From: an uncultured Clostridium sp.
Lineage (GTDB): Bacteria; Bacillota; Clostridia; Peptostreptococcales; Peptostreptococcaceae
DNA: 64,000 bases
NCBI GenBank assembly: GCA_945931665.1
Contig: CAMEPL010000001.1
Span: 1,249 to 65,248, forward strand
Direction: 5' to 3'
Part shown: positions 1-8,688 of the stretch, piece after piece
How positions within the stretch are numbered: position 1 is the first letter of the stretch
Layout of the letters: every line of letters begins with the position of its first letter
Position numbers and translations under genes: made by a program
The notes under the pieces: model-generated
What the model was told of the DNA's origin: nothing
Database searches by the model: none
Seen by the model: only the letters and a program-made list of their open reading frames with translations

Positions 1-2207
1 GATTCCTCTATTGAACGTAGAGGTATACTATTTCCATTGGCGTCTTTTCTACCAACATCATCTCCTAGATAAGTAGAGCAAACGTAGTATGGAGTGTATC
101 CTGCAAACCATACAGCATATTTTTTATTAGTAGTACCAGTCTTACCTGCTACAGGCATTTCACCTAAAGAAGCCTCTGTACCAATACCTTCTTTAACAAC
201 AGCTTTAAGCATATCTGTCATAACATAAGCAACTTCTTCATCAACAACTCTGTGTTCTTCTGGAGTAGCTTTTACGATTAATTCTCCGTTATAAGTGCTA
301 ACTGTAGTAAACACAGTAGGTTCTATATAAACACCACCATTTGCTAAAGCACCATATGCTGCTGACATTTCAAGTGGAGAAATACCATAAGCCATACCAC
401 CTAGAGTTAAAGATGGGAATGTTCTATCAGTTGTGTTAGAATTATTAGTTTTGCTATCCACAACACTTGTTATTCCAAAGTTTTTAAGATAATCCATCAT
501 TACATCTATACAATCTTCATAAGTATCTCCTAGGTTTTCAGCAGTTTTTACAGCTACTGTATTAGAAGATTTTGCAAGACCTAGACGTAAACTCATATTT
601 CCAGCACCTGCAGTTGTTGTAGATGGATTCCATTTTTGGTTTTTTTCAAATTTATATCCGCCTCTTGCATCACTAAATACTGTTGATTGAGTCATTTGTA
701 AAGTATCAATTGCTGCAGTATATATAGAAAGAGGTTTTATTGCAGAACCAGGTTGAACTGGGTTTGTAGCTCTATTTAAAGTTCTTTTACCTTTTATATT
801 TCTACCGCCAATTAGTGATTTAATTTGTCCATTATGATAATCAATTATAACCATAGCAGATTGAGGTTGTGTTATACCATTCGCATCAGTAATTGAATTT
901 GATGGGAAATTAGAACTATTATTATATTGTGCTTCTAGTTCTGCTTGCATACTAGAATCTATAGTAGTTTGAATTTGAAGACCACCATTGTAATATAATT
1001 TATTAGCTTCTTCTTGAGTATAACCTTGATCTTTTAAGGCATTTATAACTTCATAATATACATAATCTTCAACAGTTGAAACTACTGTTTGCATAGTTTT
1101 AGGAACTTGAATTTTTACATTACCAGCATCTATACATGCTTGGTCATATTCGCTTTGAGATATATAACCAAACTCTTTCATTTTACCAAGGACTGTTTTA
1201 GCTCTTCCAACAGCATTTGGATTAAGAACTGCTTTTCTCACAATCATATTACCTTGCTTTAATTGGCTGTATGTATCTTGGTCAGTAATCAGTCCCCAAG
1301 AGTATAATTTGTCTACCATATTTAATTCTACTTCAGTAGGATCGTCATATCCATCATTTTCAGTATGTGAGTAGAATAGTAACTTGTTTTCTAAATCAGA
1401 TCTTTGCTCAGTACCGTCTAATTTAGCTTTAGTATATGGTGCATATTTGTATGGATTGTTAGTAGCACCAACTAACATAGCAGCTTCTGGTAAAGTAAGC
1501 TTTTCTGCTGATTTATTGAAATATCCTTGTGCAGCCGCTTCAATTCCATAAAAAATGTTACCTACATACATGTTATTTAAATATGTAAGCAAGATATCAT
1601 CTTTATCTACAACTTTACTCATTTCATAAGCATAGTAGATATCTTTTATTTTACGAGATAAAGTTTTTTCTTGAGAGGTTAAAAGTAATTTTGAGACCTG
1701 CATAGGTATTGTACTACCACCTTGTTTAGTACCAGTAAGTGTTTTAACAACGGATCTAGCTAGACCTTTTAAGTCAACACCATTATGTTCATAGAATCTC
1801 GAGTCTTCTATAGATACAAGAGCATTTTTTACGGTTTCATTATTTAACTTCTTAAGAGGAATCTTTTTATTCCCAGTTTCAGCTTCAGCTAAAGTACTAC
1901 CATCAGAATATTTTAGTACAGTCTTAGTATTAGTTTTTTCATCTAATAATGCTTTAGTTATAACTTCAGTATTTCTTAAAGAAGAGAAAACTAATGCTGA
2001 GCCGACAGCGACCCCAATTACTAACATAAATAAAATTGCCATACCAAAAATTTTGGTTTTACTTCTTTTTCTGTGTTTTTTAGGTTTTGATGAAACTTTT
2101 TTATAATTATCTTTTGATGTAGGATGATTTACATCACTATTAGAAGATGATGAAACTTTTTTTCTTCTAATTTTATTCTTGTCATCATTATTATTATCTC
2201 TGCTCAT
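1..2207 (-). CDS. Class A penicillin-binding protein (PBP1A-like), 3' end outside window
   Basis: Not in ORF track; translated by hand from ATG at 2207 (RBS AAGGAGGT 2213-2220). Basic N-terminus and TM, transglycosylase motifs EDSRFYEHNGVD, GGSTIPMQ, RKIKD; transpeptidase motifs GSAIK, SSN, KTGT. Confidence 0.93.
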   Translation of the reverse strand, partial: MSRDNNNDDKNKIRRKKVSSSSNSDVNHPTSKDNYKKVSSKPKKHRKRSKTKIFGMAILFMLVIGVAVGSALVFSSLRNTEVITKALLDEKTNTKTVLKYSDGSTLAEAETGNKKIPLKKLNNETVKNALVSIEDSRFYEHNGVDLKGLARSVVKTLTGTKQGGSTIPMQVSKLLLTSQEKTLSRKIKDIYYAYEMSKVVDKDDILLTYLNNMYVGNIFYGIEAAAQGYFNKSAEKLTLPEAAMLVGATNNPYKYAPYTKAKLDGTEQRSDLENKLLFYSHTENDGYDDPTEVELNMVDKLYSWGLITDQDTYSQLKQGNMIVRKAVLNPNAVGRAKTVLGKMKEFGYISQSEYDQACIDAGNVKIQVPKTMQTVVSTVEDYVYYEVINALKDQGYTQEEANKLYYNGGLQIQTTIDSSMQAELEAQYNNSSNFPSNSITDANGITQPQSAMVIIDYHNGQIKSLIGGRNIKGKRTLNRATNPVQPGSAIKPLSIYTAAIDTLQMTQSTVFSDARGGYKFEKNQKWNPSTTTAGAGNMSLRLGLAKSSNTVAVKTAENLGDTYEDCIDVMMDYLKNFGITSVVDSKTNNSNTTDRTFPSLTLGGMAYGISPLEMSAAYGALANGGVYIEPTVFTTVSTYNGELIVKATPEEHRVVDEEVAYVMTDMLKAVVKEGIGTEASLGEMPVAGKTGTTNKKYAVWFAGYTPYYVCSTYLGDDVGRKDANGNSIPLRSIEE

Positions 2208-2468
2208 TATATACCTCCTTACTTAATGCATAATTATAACATATTTTATTTCCTTTTTATAGTTAATTAAAATTTGTAAGAATATGTAAAGTTTATTAAA
2301 TTTAAATAATTTATAAAATCTTATGATATAATTATATCCTTTAAAGACTTGATTTAACAATATAATTAATACTGATAGGATGATAATTTATCTGTTTAAA
2401 TCTTAATTAAAAAATATTTATTATATTTTTTACTTCTATAAAATAAATATGTATAAATACACTTATAT

Positions 2469-2522
2469 TAAGTCAAAATAAAATAATCTCTGATATATCA
2501 GAGATTATTTTATTTTGACTTA
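2469..2522. terminator. 54-bp perfect palindrome, probable terminator of the spoIVB-like gene
   Basis: TAAGTCAAAATAAAATAATCTCTGATATATCAGAGATTATTTTATTTTGACTTA equals its own reverse complement and overlaps the stop codon. Confidence 0.75.
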
Positions 2523-3515
2523 TAACATCCATTTTATATATACACCATATCCTATTTTCGGATTATTTTCTAAAGCATGAGATACTGCACCAATTATCTT
2601 ATTATTTTGAATTATTGGTGTACCGCTCATACCTTGTACAATTCCACCAGTTTCTTTTAATAAATCTTCATCAGTAATTCTTATTTTAAATGTTTTAGGT
2701 TCTGGATAATTTTGATTTTCAATTTTTAATATTTCAATATCATATTTTACACATTTATTTTGTTTATTTTGTAATATTATTTGAGCTTTTCCAAGTTGAA
2801 CTTCATTTAAATTGGCAACTTTATATTTTTTTTGATTAGAAAAATCTATATTTCTAGTTCTACCTTTAATTCCATATTGAGTATTATCTCTAAAATCACC
2901 TATTAAATAATTTTTGCTTGCATTTATATAGCCTACATTTCCACGAGATGATTTTTCTATCTCTAAGTTACTTGTTGTTGATATAGTGCCAGCTTTAATT
3001 GGTATTTGTTTTGCATCACCAACGTTAATTGCATGTCCCACTGCACCAAATTCATTAGTATCTGGATTAATATAAGTTAATGTAGCAAAACCTGAGATAG
3101 CATTATTAAAACTAACTTTTTTTAACGGTTCTTTATAACATATTAAATTTTTAATTTCATTTCCTCTTTTAACAGTAACTCTTATTTGATTACTAGTAGA
3201 AGAATAAAACACATCTGATAGATGATTAAAATCTCTTATAGTATTACCTTCTGCTTTAAGAATTAAATCACCACTTTTTAAGGGACAACCATCAACTTCA
3301 TTACGTACAATTAAATTTTCAAGCTGTCCATCAACTTGAATTACTTTTCCAATTGGAACTAAATACATATCATTATTTTTTTCCAAAGAATATGCATAAT
3401 TTGCATTATTAATGAAAAAATATAGTAAGAAGAAAAAACAAACAAAAAAGAAACTATTAAATTTTAATGATCTTAAGTTGAGTTTTTTATTAAAATTTAG
3501 CAATGTTATAAACAC
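2520..3515 (-). CDS. spoIVB: SpoIVB-family S55 peptidase (SpoIVB2-like)
   Basis: ATLTYI..FGAVGH, LLKETGGIVQGMSGTPIIQNNKIIGAVSH and GYGVYIKWML are S55 signatures; N-terminal hydrophobic segment. Confidence 0.9.
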   Translation of the reverse strand: MFITLLNFNKKLNLRSLKFNSFFFVCFFFLLYFFINNANYAYSLEKNNDMYLVPIGKVIQVDGQLENLIVRNEVDGCPLKSGDLILKAEGNTIRDFNHLSDVFYSSTSNQIRVTVKRGNEIKNLICYKEPLKKVSFNNAISGFATLTYINPDTNEFGAVGHAINVGDAKQIPIKAGTISTTSNLEIEKSSRGNVGYINASKNYLIGDFRDNTQYGIKGRTRNIDFSNQKKYKVANLNEVQLGKAQIILQNKQNKCVKYDIEILKIENQNYPEPKTFKIRITDEDLLKETGGIVQGMSGTPIIQNNKIIGAVSHALENNPKIGYGVYIKWML

Positions 3516-3694
3516 CTTCTTTCTTGAGTTTGGTTGGTGCCTAATATTATATTTTGCAAAAGTGAGTTTTTAATGCTTGGAAATGAGATTCAACAAAACC
3601 GTAGATTGCATAAATAAACAAAGAATAAATGAAGAACATTGAAATTAAATAAAACAAAAAATAAAAAAGAAATAAAATTTAAGTTATATAGATT

Positions 3695-4210
3695 TTATTT
3701 CTTTTTAATCTTTCTTTTTACTATTTTTTTTGAGCGCTTTTTTGAAGAACTAGAAGTAGAACATCTTCCACCTGAGGAGGTACCAGCAGGAATTGGAGGA
3801 ACAAATATATTTTCTCTTTCACCTTGTTCACATGAATTAACACTACCGATTAATGCGAGTTGATCAGATAATGTAGCAAGAAATGTAGAGAGTATATCTA
3901 TATCAGTATCTGACAATTCTTCGGCTAAAGCAATTGCTAAAGTAGATGATAATACAAAGTAATCAAATGCCGAAAAATAACACAACTTAGATTTTTCGCT
4001 GTTTGAGTTATCATTTGTACTTTGATTATTCTTATCGTCATTATTGCTACTACAATTACTTTGCTCATTATTTGTATCTTCATTTTGTGAACAAGTATCT
4101 GAATTTGAATTAACAGATTTATTAGTAGAATCTTTATCTGATGAATTAGATGTAGAACTTCTAACATTGTGTTTACTTTTGCTGATGTGCTTTCTTTTTT
4201 TTCTCTTCAA
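3695..4210 (-). CDS. Hypothetical protein, S/N-rich with basic termini and a DUF6774-like core
   Basis: 171-aa ORF with RBS GAGGTGA; core LAIALAEELSDTDIDILSTFLATLSDQL resembles small clostridial DUF6774 proteins (recall). Confidence 0.6.
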   Translation of the reverse strand: MKRKKRKHISKSKHNVRSSTSNSSDKDSTNKSVNSNSDTCSQNEDTNNEQSNCSSNNDDKNNQSTNDNSNSEKSKLCYFSAFDYFVLSSTLAIALAEELSDTDIDILSTFLATLSDQLALIGSVNSCEQGERENIFVPPIPAGTSSGGRCSTSSSSKKRSKKIVKRKIKKK

Positions 4211-4372
4211 GAGTGATCACCTCTATAAATTTGTATGTATATAAATATATATATGAAAAAAATTAGTATTAAATGAAATCAAAAAATAACTGGGAAAATA
4301 AGAAGCTTTTTTATAACACATAGGAAATAGTATATTAATAAATTTAAAAAATATGTAGGAGGACTTTTCTAA

Positions 4373-5143
4373 GTGAAAAAATATAAATTTTTAACTACTG
4401 TTATATTAATAATTGGGCTTATAATGATTTTCACATCAAGTGAAACAAGGGATTTAACAAAATTAGTTTCAAATTTTTCAACTTTAAAACTAAATCCTAG
4501 TACAAAAACTGAACAATACATAATATGTATAGACCCAGGTCACCAAGCAAAAGGAAACTCAGAAACAGAACAAGTTGGGCCAAATTCAGGGTCATATAAA
4601 GCAAAAGTATCTTCTGGAACGGCTGGCGTAGCGACTAAAAAGCCAGAATATGAATTAAATTTAGAGGCATCTTTAAAATTAAAACATATATTAGAAAGTA
4701 GAGGATATAAAGTATATATGACGAGAGAAAGTCATGATGTAGACATAAGCAATAAAGAAAGAGCTATATTTGCTAATGAAAAGAAAGTAGATATGGTAGT
4801 TAGAATACATGCTGATGGCTCTGACAATGGAGGAATTACAGGAGCGTCTATTTTAATTCCATCAAAATACGGTGAATATACATCAGCTATTTATGAAGAA
4901 AGTTCAAACTGTGCAAAATTCGTAAATGAAAATATGCAAAACAATGGATTTAAAGTAAATGGAATATTTGAACGAAGTGATTTAACAGGATTTAACTGGT
5001 CACAAGTCCCTGCAATTTTATTAGAAATGGGATTTATGAGTAACTATACAGAGGACCAAAATATGTCTAGTCCACAATATCAAGAGAAAATGATGAATTC
5101 AGTAGCTGATGGATTAGATAACTATTTTAAAAATAAAAAATAA
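4373..5143 (+). CDS. N-acetylmuramoyl-L-alanine amidase (Amidase_3)
   Basis: ICIDPGHQ, EYELNL, RIHAD and LLEMGFMSN zinc/catalytic motifs; N-terminal signal or anchor. Confidence 0.93.
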   Translation: MKKYKFLTTVILIIGLIMIFTSSETRDLTKLVSNFSTLKLNPSTKTEQYIICIDPGHQAKGNSETEQVGPNSGSYKAKVSSGTAGVATKKPEYELNLEASLKLKHILESRGYKVYMTRESHDVDISNKERAIFANEKKVDMVVRIHADGSDNGGITGASILIPSKYGEYTSAIYEESSNCAKFVNENMQNNGFKVNGIFERSDLTGFNWSQVPAILLEMGFMSNYTEDQNMSSPQYQEKMMNSVADGLDNYFKNKK

Positions 5144-5152
5144 GGTGATATT

Positions 5153-5866
5153 ATGACAAATATATTGGGGGAAAATATGAATAATAGCGTCTTAGAAAAG
5201 ACATTAAATATTATAAGTCCGATTAAAAATAAATTTTCAAAGCCAGACTGTAGAGTGCATATATTTATACAGGAAAATGCAATGAATAGTTTATGGCTAA
5301 ATGAATATTATGAAGTCTATGAGTTTTTTTATAGATATACAAAAACAATAAATGAAGGTATTGTATGGGCAGACCAAGATTTAAAATGTTATTGCCACTT
5401 TTTTAATACTCTCACAAATAAGGGATTGCCAGGTGTAGAAGATAATGCACTTACCTTGGCTCAAAGATATTACGATTATGCAATAGATTTTTTTTATGAA
5501 AATGAAATATACCAATCAATGTTTTATCTGGGTGCAGCTTGTCACCTAGTTCAAGATACAACAGTTCCACAACATGCCACAGGAGACTTACTAAACAATC
5601 ACATGCAATTTGAAAATTACGTAAAAGCAAATTATCTAAAAATAAAGCGATTCAGAACATACTCTGAGCCAATATTATTTAACTCTGTAGAAGAATATAT
5701 TAGATTTAATTCTTATAATGCGATAAAGAACCAGCGTATGTATAGTCATGTTCAAAATCTAAGGAGTAGATTTTACTTAATTGCGGAAAAAGCATTGGAA
5801 TTCTCACAAAGAACGACAGCAGGAATCCTAATTTTGTATTTTAAAAATACGTATATGCAAAATTAA
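5153..5866 (+). CDS. Zinc-dependent phospholipase C family protein
   Basis: VH, WADQD, HFFN, LGAACHLVQDTTVPQH and HMQFE metal-ligand pattern; no signal peptide. Confidence 0.85.
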   Translation: MTNILGENMNNSVLEKTLNIISPIKNKFSKPDCRVHIFIQENAMNSLWLNEYYEVYEFFYRYTKTINEGIVWADQDLKCYCHFFNTLTNKGLPGVEDNALTLAQRYYDYAIDFFYENEIYQSMFYLGAACHLVQDTTVPQHATGDLLNNHMQFENYVKANYLKIKRFRTYSEPILFNSVEEYIRFNSYNAIKNQRMYSHVQNLRSRFYLIAEKALEFSQRTTAGILILYFKNTYMQN

Positions 5867-5923
5867 AAAAATCAAATATAATAGTATAGATGTAAACAAA
5901 TAAAATTTATAAGAGGTGGATAA

Positions 5924-7474
5924 ATGCTAGTAGTAGAAAATGTTAGTCATGGTTTCGGAGCGAGAACAATACTAGAAAATGTATCTTTTAGACTTAAAAA
6001 GGGAGAACATATAGCCCTTGTAGGTGCTAATGGAGAAGGAAAATCTAGTTTCTTAAATATAATAACAAAAAAATTAATGCCAGATGCAGGTAATATAAAA
6101 TGGTCATCAAGAGCAACAGTTGGTTATTTAGATCAGCATGCTGTTTTAGAAAAAGGAATGACTATAAGAGACGTATTAAGAGGTGCATTTAAAAACATGT
6201 TCGAGTTAGAACAAGAAATGTTAAAAATGTACGATTTAATGGGTGAAGCAGATGAAGAACAAATGAATAAACTTCTTGAAGAAACTGCTGAAATACAAAC
6301 TATATTAGAAAATAGTGGATTCTATACAATAGATGCAAAAATCCAAGAGGTTGCTAATGGTTTAGGATTAGGGGAAATAGGTCTTGATAGAGATGTAACT
6401 GACTTAAGTGGTGGTCAAAGAACTAAAGTACTTCTTACTAAGTTATTATTAGAAAGTCCAACAATATTAATCCTTGACGAGCCTACAAACCACTTAGATG
6501 AAGAACATATAGTATGGCTTACAAGATATTTACAAGAATATGAAAACAGCTTCATTCTTGTATCACACGACACAGACTTTATAAACAATACATGTAATGT
6601 AATTTACCATATAGAAAATGCTGAGCTTACAAGATACAAAGGTAACTATGATGAATTTGTAAGACTTAGAGATATTAAGAAAAGACAAGAAGAAAGTGCT
6701 TACGAAAAACAAATCGAAGAAAGAAAGAAACTTGAAGATTTCGTAGCGAGAAATAAAGCGAGAGTTGCAACTAGAGGTATGGCAAACTCAAGACAAAAAA
6801 TACTTGATAAGATGGAAATCTTAGAAAGACCAAAAGAAAAAATAAAACCAACATTCAACTTTAGAAATGCTAGAGCAGCAGCTAGAATAATATTCGAAAC
6901 TAAAGATTTAGTATTAGGATATAATGAACCATTAACTAAACCATTAAACTTCCAATTAGAAAGAGGTCAAAAGATAGCTCTTAAAGGGATGAATGGTATA
7001 GGTAAATCAACACTTTTAAGAACTTTACTTGGAATGACAAAACCGTTCGATGGAGAAGTTGAATTAGGTGATTATTTAGAAGTTGGGTATTTCGAACAAG
7101 AAAGTTCAATGGATAACTACAACACTGCTTTAGATGATGTATGGCAAGAATACCCTGTATTAACAAACTACGAAGTTAGACAAGCCCTTGCTAAATGTGG
7201 TCTTACTACTGAACATATAACAAGTCAAGTTAGAGTTTTAAGTGGGGGAGAAGCAGCTAAAGTTAGATTATGTAAATTAATGTTAAAAGACATAAACTTC
7301 TTAGTTCTTGACGAGCCTACAAACCACTTAGACGTAGAAGCTAAAGATGAATTAAAGAAAGCAATAAAAGAATTCAAAGGAACAGTTCTGTTAGTTTGCC
7401 ATGAGCCAGAATTCTACAACGATGTAGTTGATGATGTTTGGAATATAGAAGACTTTACTACAAAAATAGTTTAA
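5924..7474 (+). CDS. yfmM: ABC-F ribosome-associated ATPase (YfmM-like)
   Basis: Two ABC domains (GANGEGKS/LSGGQ/LDEPTNHLD and GMNGIGKS/LSGGE/LDEPTNHLD), no TM, arm and linker; strongly resembles recalled B. subtilis YfmM. Confidence 0.88.
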   Translation: MLVVENVSHGFGARTILENVSFRLKKGEHIALVGANGEGKSSFLNIITKKLMPDAGNIKWSSRATVGYLDQHAVLEKGMTIRDVLRGAFKNMFELEQEMLKMYDLMGEADEEQMNKLLEETAEIQTILENSGFYTIDAKIQEVANGLGLGEIGLDRDVTDLSGGQRTKVLLTKLLLESPTILILDEPTNHLDEEHIVWLTRYLQEYENSFILVSHDTDFINNTCNVIYHIENAELTRYKGNYDEFVRLRDIKKRQEESAYEKQIEERKKLEDFVARNKARVATRGMANSRQKILDKMEILERPKEKIKPTFNFRNARAAARIIFETKDLVLGYNEPLTKPLNFQLERGQKIALKGMNGIGKSTLLRTLLGMTKPFDGEVELGDYLEVGYFEQESSMDNYNTALDDVWQEYPVLTNYEVRQALAKCGLTTEHITSQVRVLSGGEAAKVRLCKLMLKDINFLVLDEPTNHLDVEAKDELKKAIKEFKGTVLLVCHEPEFYNDVVDDVWNIEDFTTKIV

Positions 7475-7499
7475 TAGGTAAATTAGAGGGGGCTTTCAA

Positions 7500-8153
7500 T
7501 TGAGAAAGTTATTAAATGTAGTTATATCTATATGTTTAGCTTTATTTGTAATAGGTTCATCAGTTATTATAACTATGAATATAAAAAACATATATTACAA
7601 TGATATAGATAAATTAAACATAGAGTCTATGATTGATCTTTCAAGGGAAGATATAATAGAGAATTATGATTATCTAATTGACTATAATTTAAGTTGGAAT
7701 GCAGGAGAATTTGAGTTGCCATCTCTACCTTCATCGCCAAATGGAAAAATACATTTTGAAGAAGTGAGAGACATATTTCAAAATGTAAAAGTGCTTACTA
7801 TAATAACTGGAATTATTTCTATTATAGGGGGGATTTTACAAATTAGAAAAGGTCAATTTAAATTTTTGAGAAATGCATCTATATTAATTGTAATAATGCC
7901 TATTTTATTAGCTATTCCAATTGCAATAAATTTCAATGCATGTTTTATTATGTTTCATAAAATAATGTTTAGCAACGATTATTGGATTTTTAATCCTATA
8001 ATAGATCCTGTTATAAATATGTTACCAGAAGCATTTTTTATGCATATGGGTGTTGCAATTTTAGCAATTATGATAGTTGGTAGTGCGATTTTACAATTGA
8101 TGTATCATAAGGTAAAAAAGTTAAATTATAGTAATACTAAAATAAAAAATTAA
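7500..8153 (+). CDS. TIGR01906/DUF1461 integral membrane protein
   Basis: ENYDYLIDY, IHFEEVR and FHKIMFSNDYWIFNP..DPVINMLPE motifs. Confidence 0.88.
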   Translation: MRKLLNVVISICLALFVIGSSVIITMNIKNIYYNDIDKLNIESMIDLSREDIIENYDYLIDYNLSWNAGEFELPSLPSSPNGKIHFEEVRDIFQNVKVLTIITGIISIIGGILQIRKGQFKFLRNASILIVIMPILLAIPIAINFNACFIMFHKIMFSNDYWIFNPIIDPVINMLPEAFFMHMGVAILAIMIVGSAILQLMYHKVKKLNYSNTKIKN

Positions 8154-8237
8154 ATTACAATAATTATAATATTGAAAGAATGTCGAATAAATGGTATGAT
8201 GGATATATTGAAATAAGACTGAAATAAAAATGAGACG

Positions 8238-8286
8238 AAAAAATACGAGTTAGATGATTTAAATCAATCTAACTCGTATTTTTTTT
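8238..8286. terminator. Bidirectional intrinsic terminator
   Basis: AAAAAATACGAGTTAGAT...ATCTAACTCGTATTTTTT between convergent genes. Confidence 0.8.
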
Positions 8287-8329
8287 GCTATAAATATTAC
8301 AGATTAACTTATCATAAACTTATAATATA

Positions 8330-8590
8330 TTATTCAGCATCTAATTTTGTTATTTCAGCAATTTCTTTAAATTTTCCAATTACATAATCATAATTTTTTC
8401 TTTGGTGAGGAAGAGTACAATTTGTACAGTTCTTTATACCTTTTTCAGTATAGCTAAAATTTCCTCCACATTTATCCTTTAAAGCATATAAAGGGCAATA
8501 ACAGAATAAGCAATTGAAATTTTCTGGGTCATTAGTTTTATGACAAGGAAAGTATTCACATTTTGTATTACTAAAAAATTTATAACTCAA
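8330..8590 (-). CDS. Cysteine-rich small domain protein (zf-like)
   Basis: CEYFPCH..FNCLFCYCPLY..CGG..KNCTNCTLPH. Confidence 0.88.
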   Translation of the reverse strand: MSYKFFSNTKCEYFPCHKTNDPENFNCLFCYCPLYALKDKCGGNFSYTEKGIKNCTNCTLPHQRKNYDYVIGKFKEIAEITKLDAE

Positions 8591-8688
8591 TTTATATATA
8601 CCTCCAAATTTTATAATATGAGATAATTTTATTATACTATTTTAATTTAATTTATTATACTTATAATATAGAAAATTTTATTGGGAGA

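Noticed and set aside
5153-5866. Zn-dependent phospholipase C as an alpha-toxin-like virulence factor
   Set aside because: No signal peptide and no C-terminal PLAT domain; fits the common cytoplasmic Zn_dep_PLPC family.
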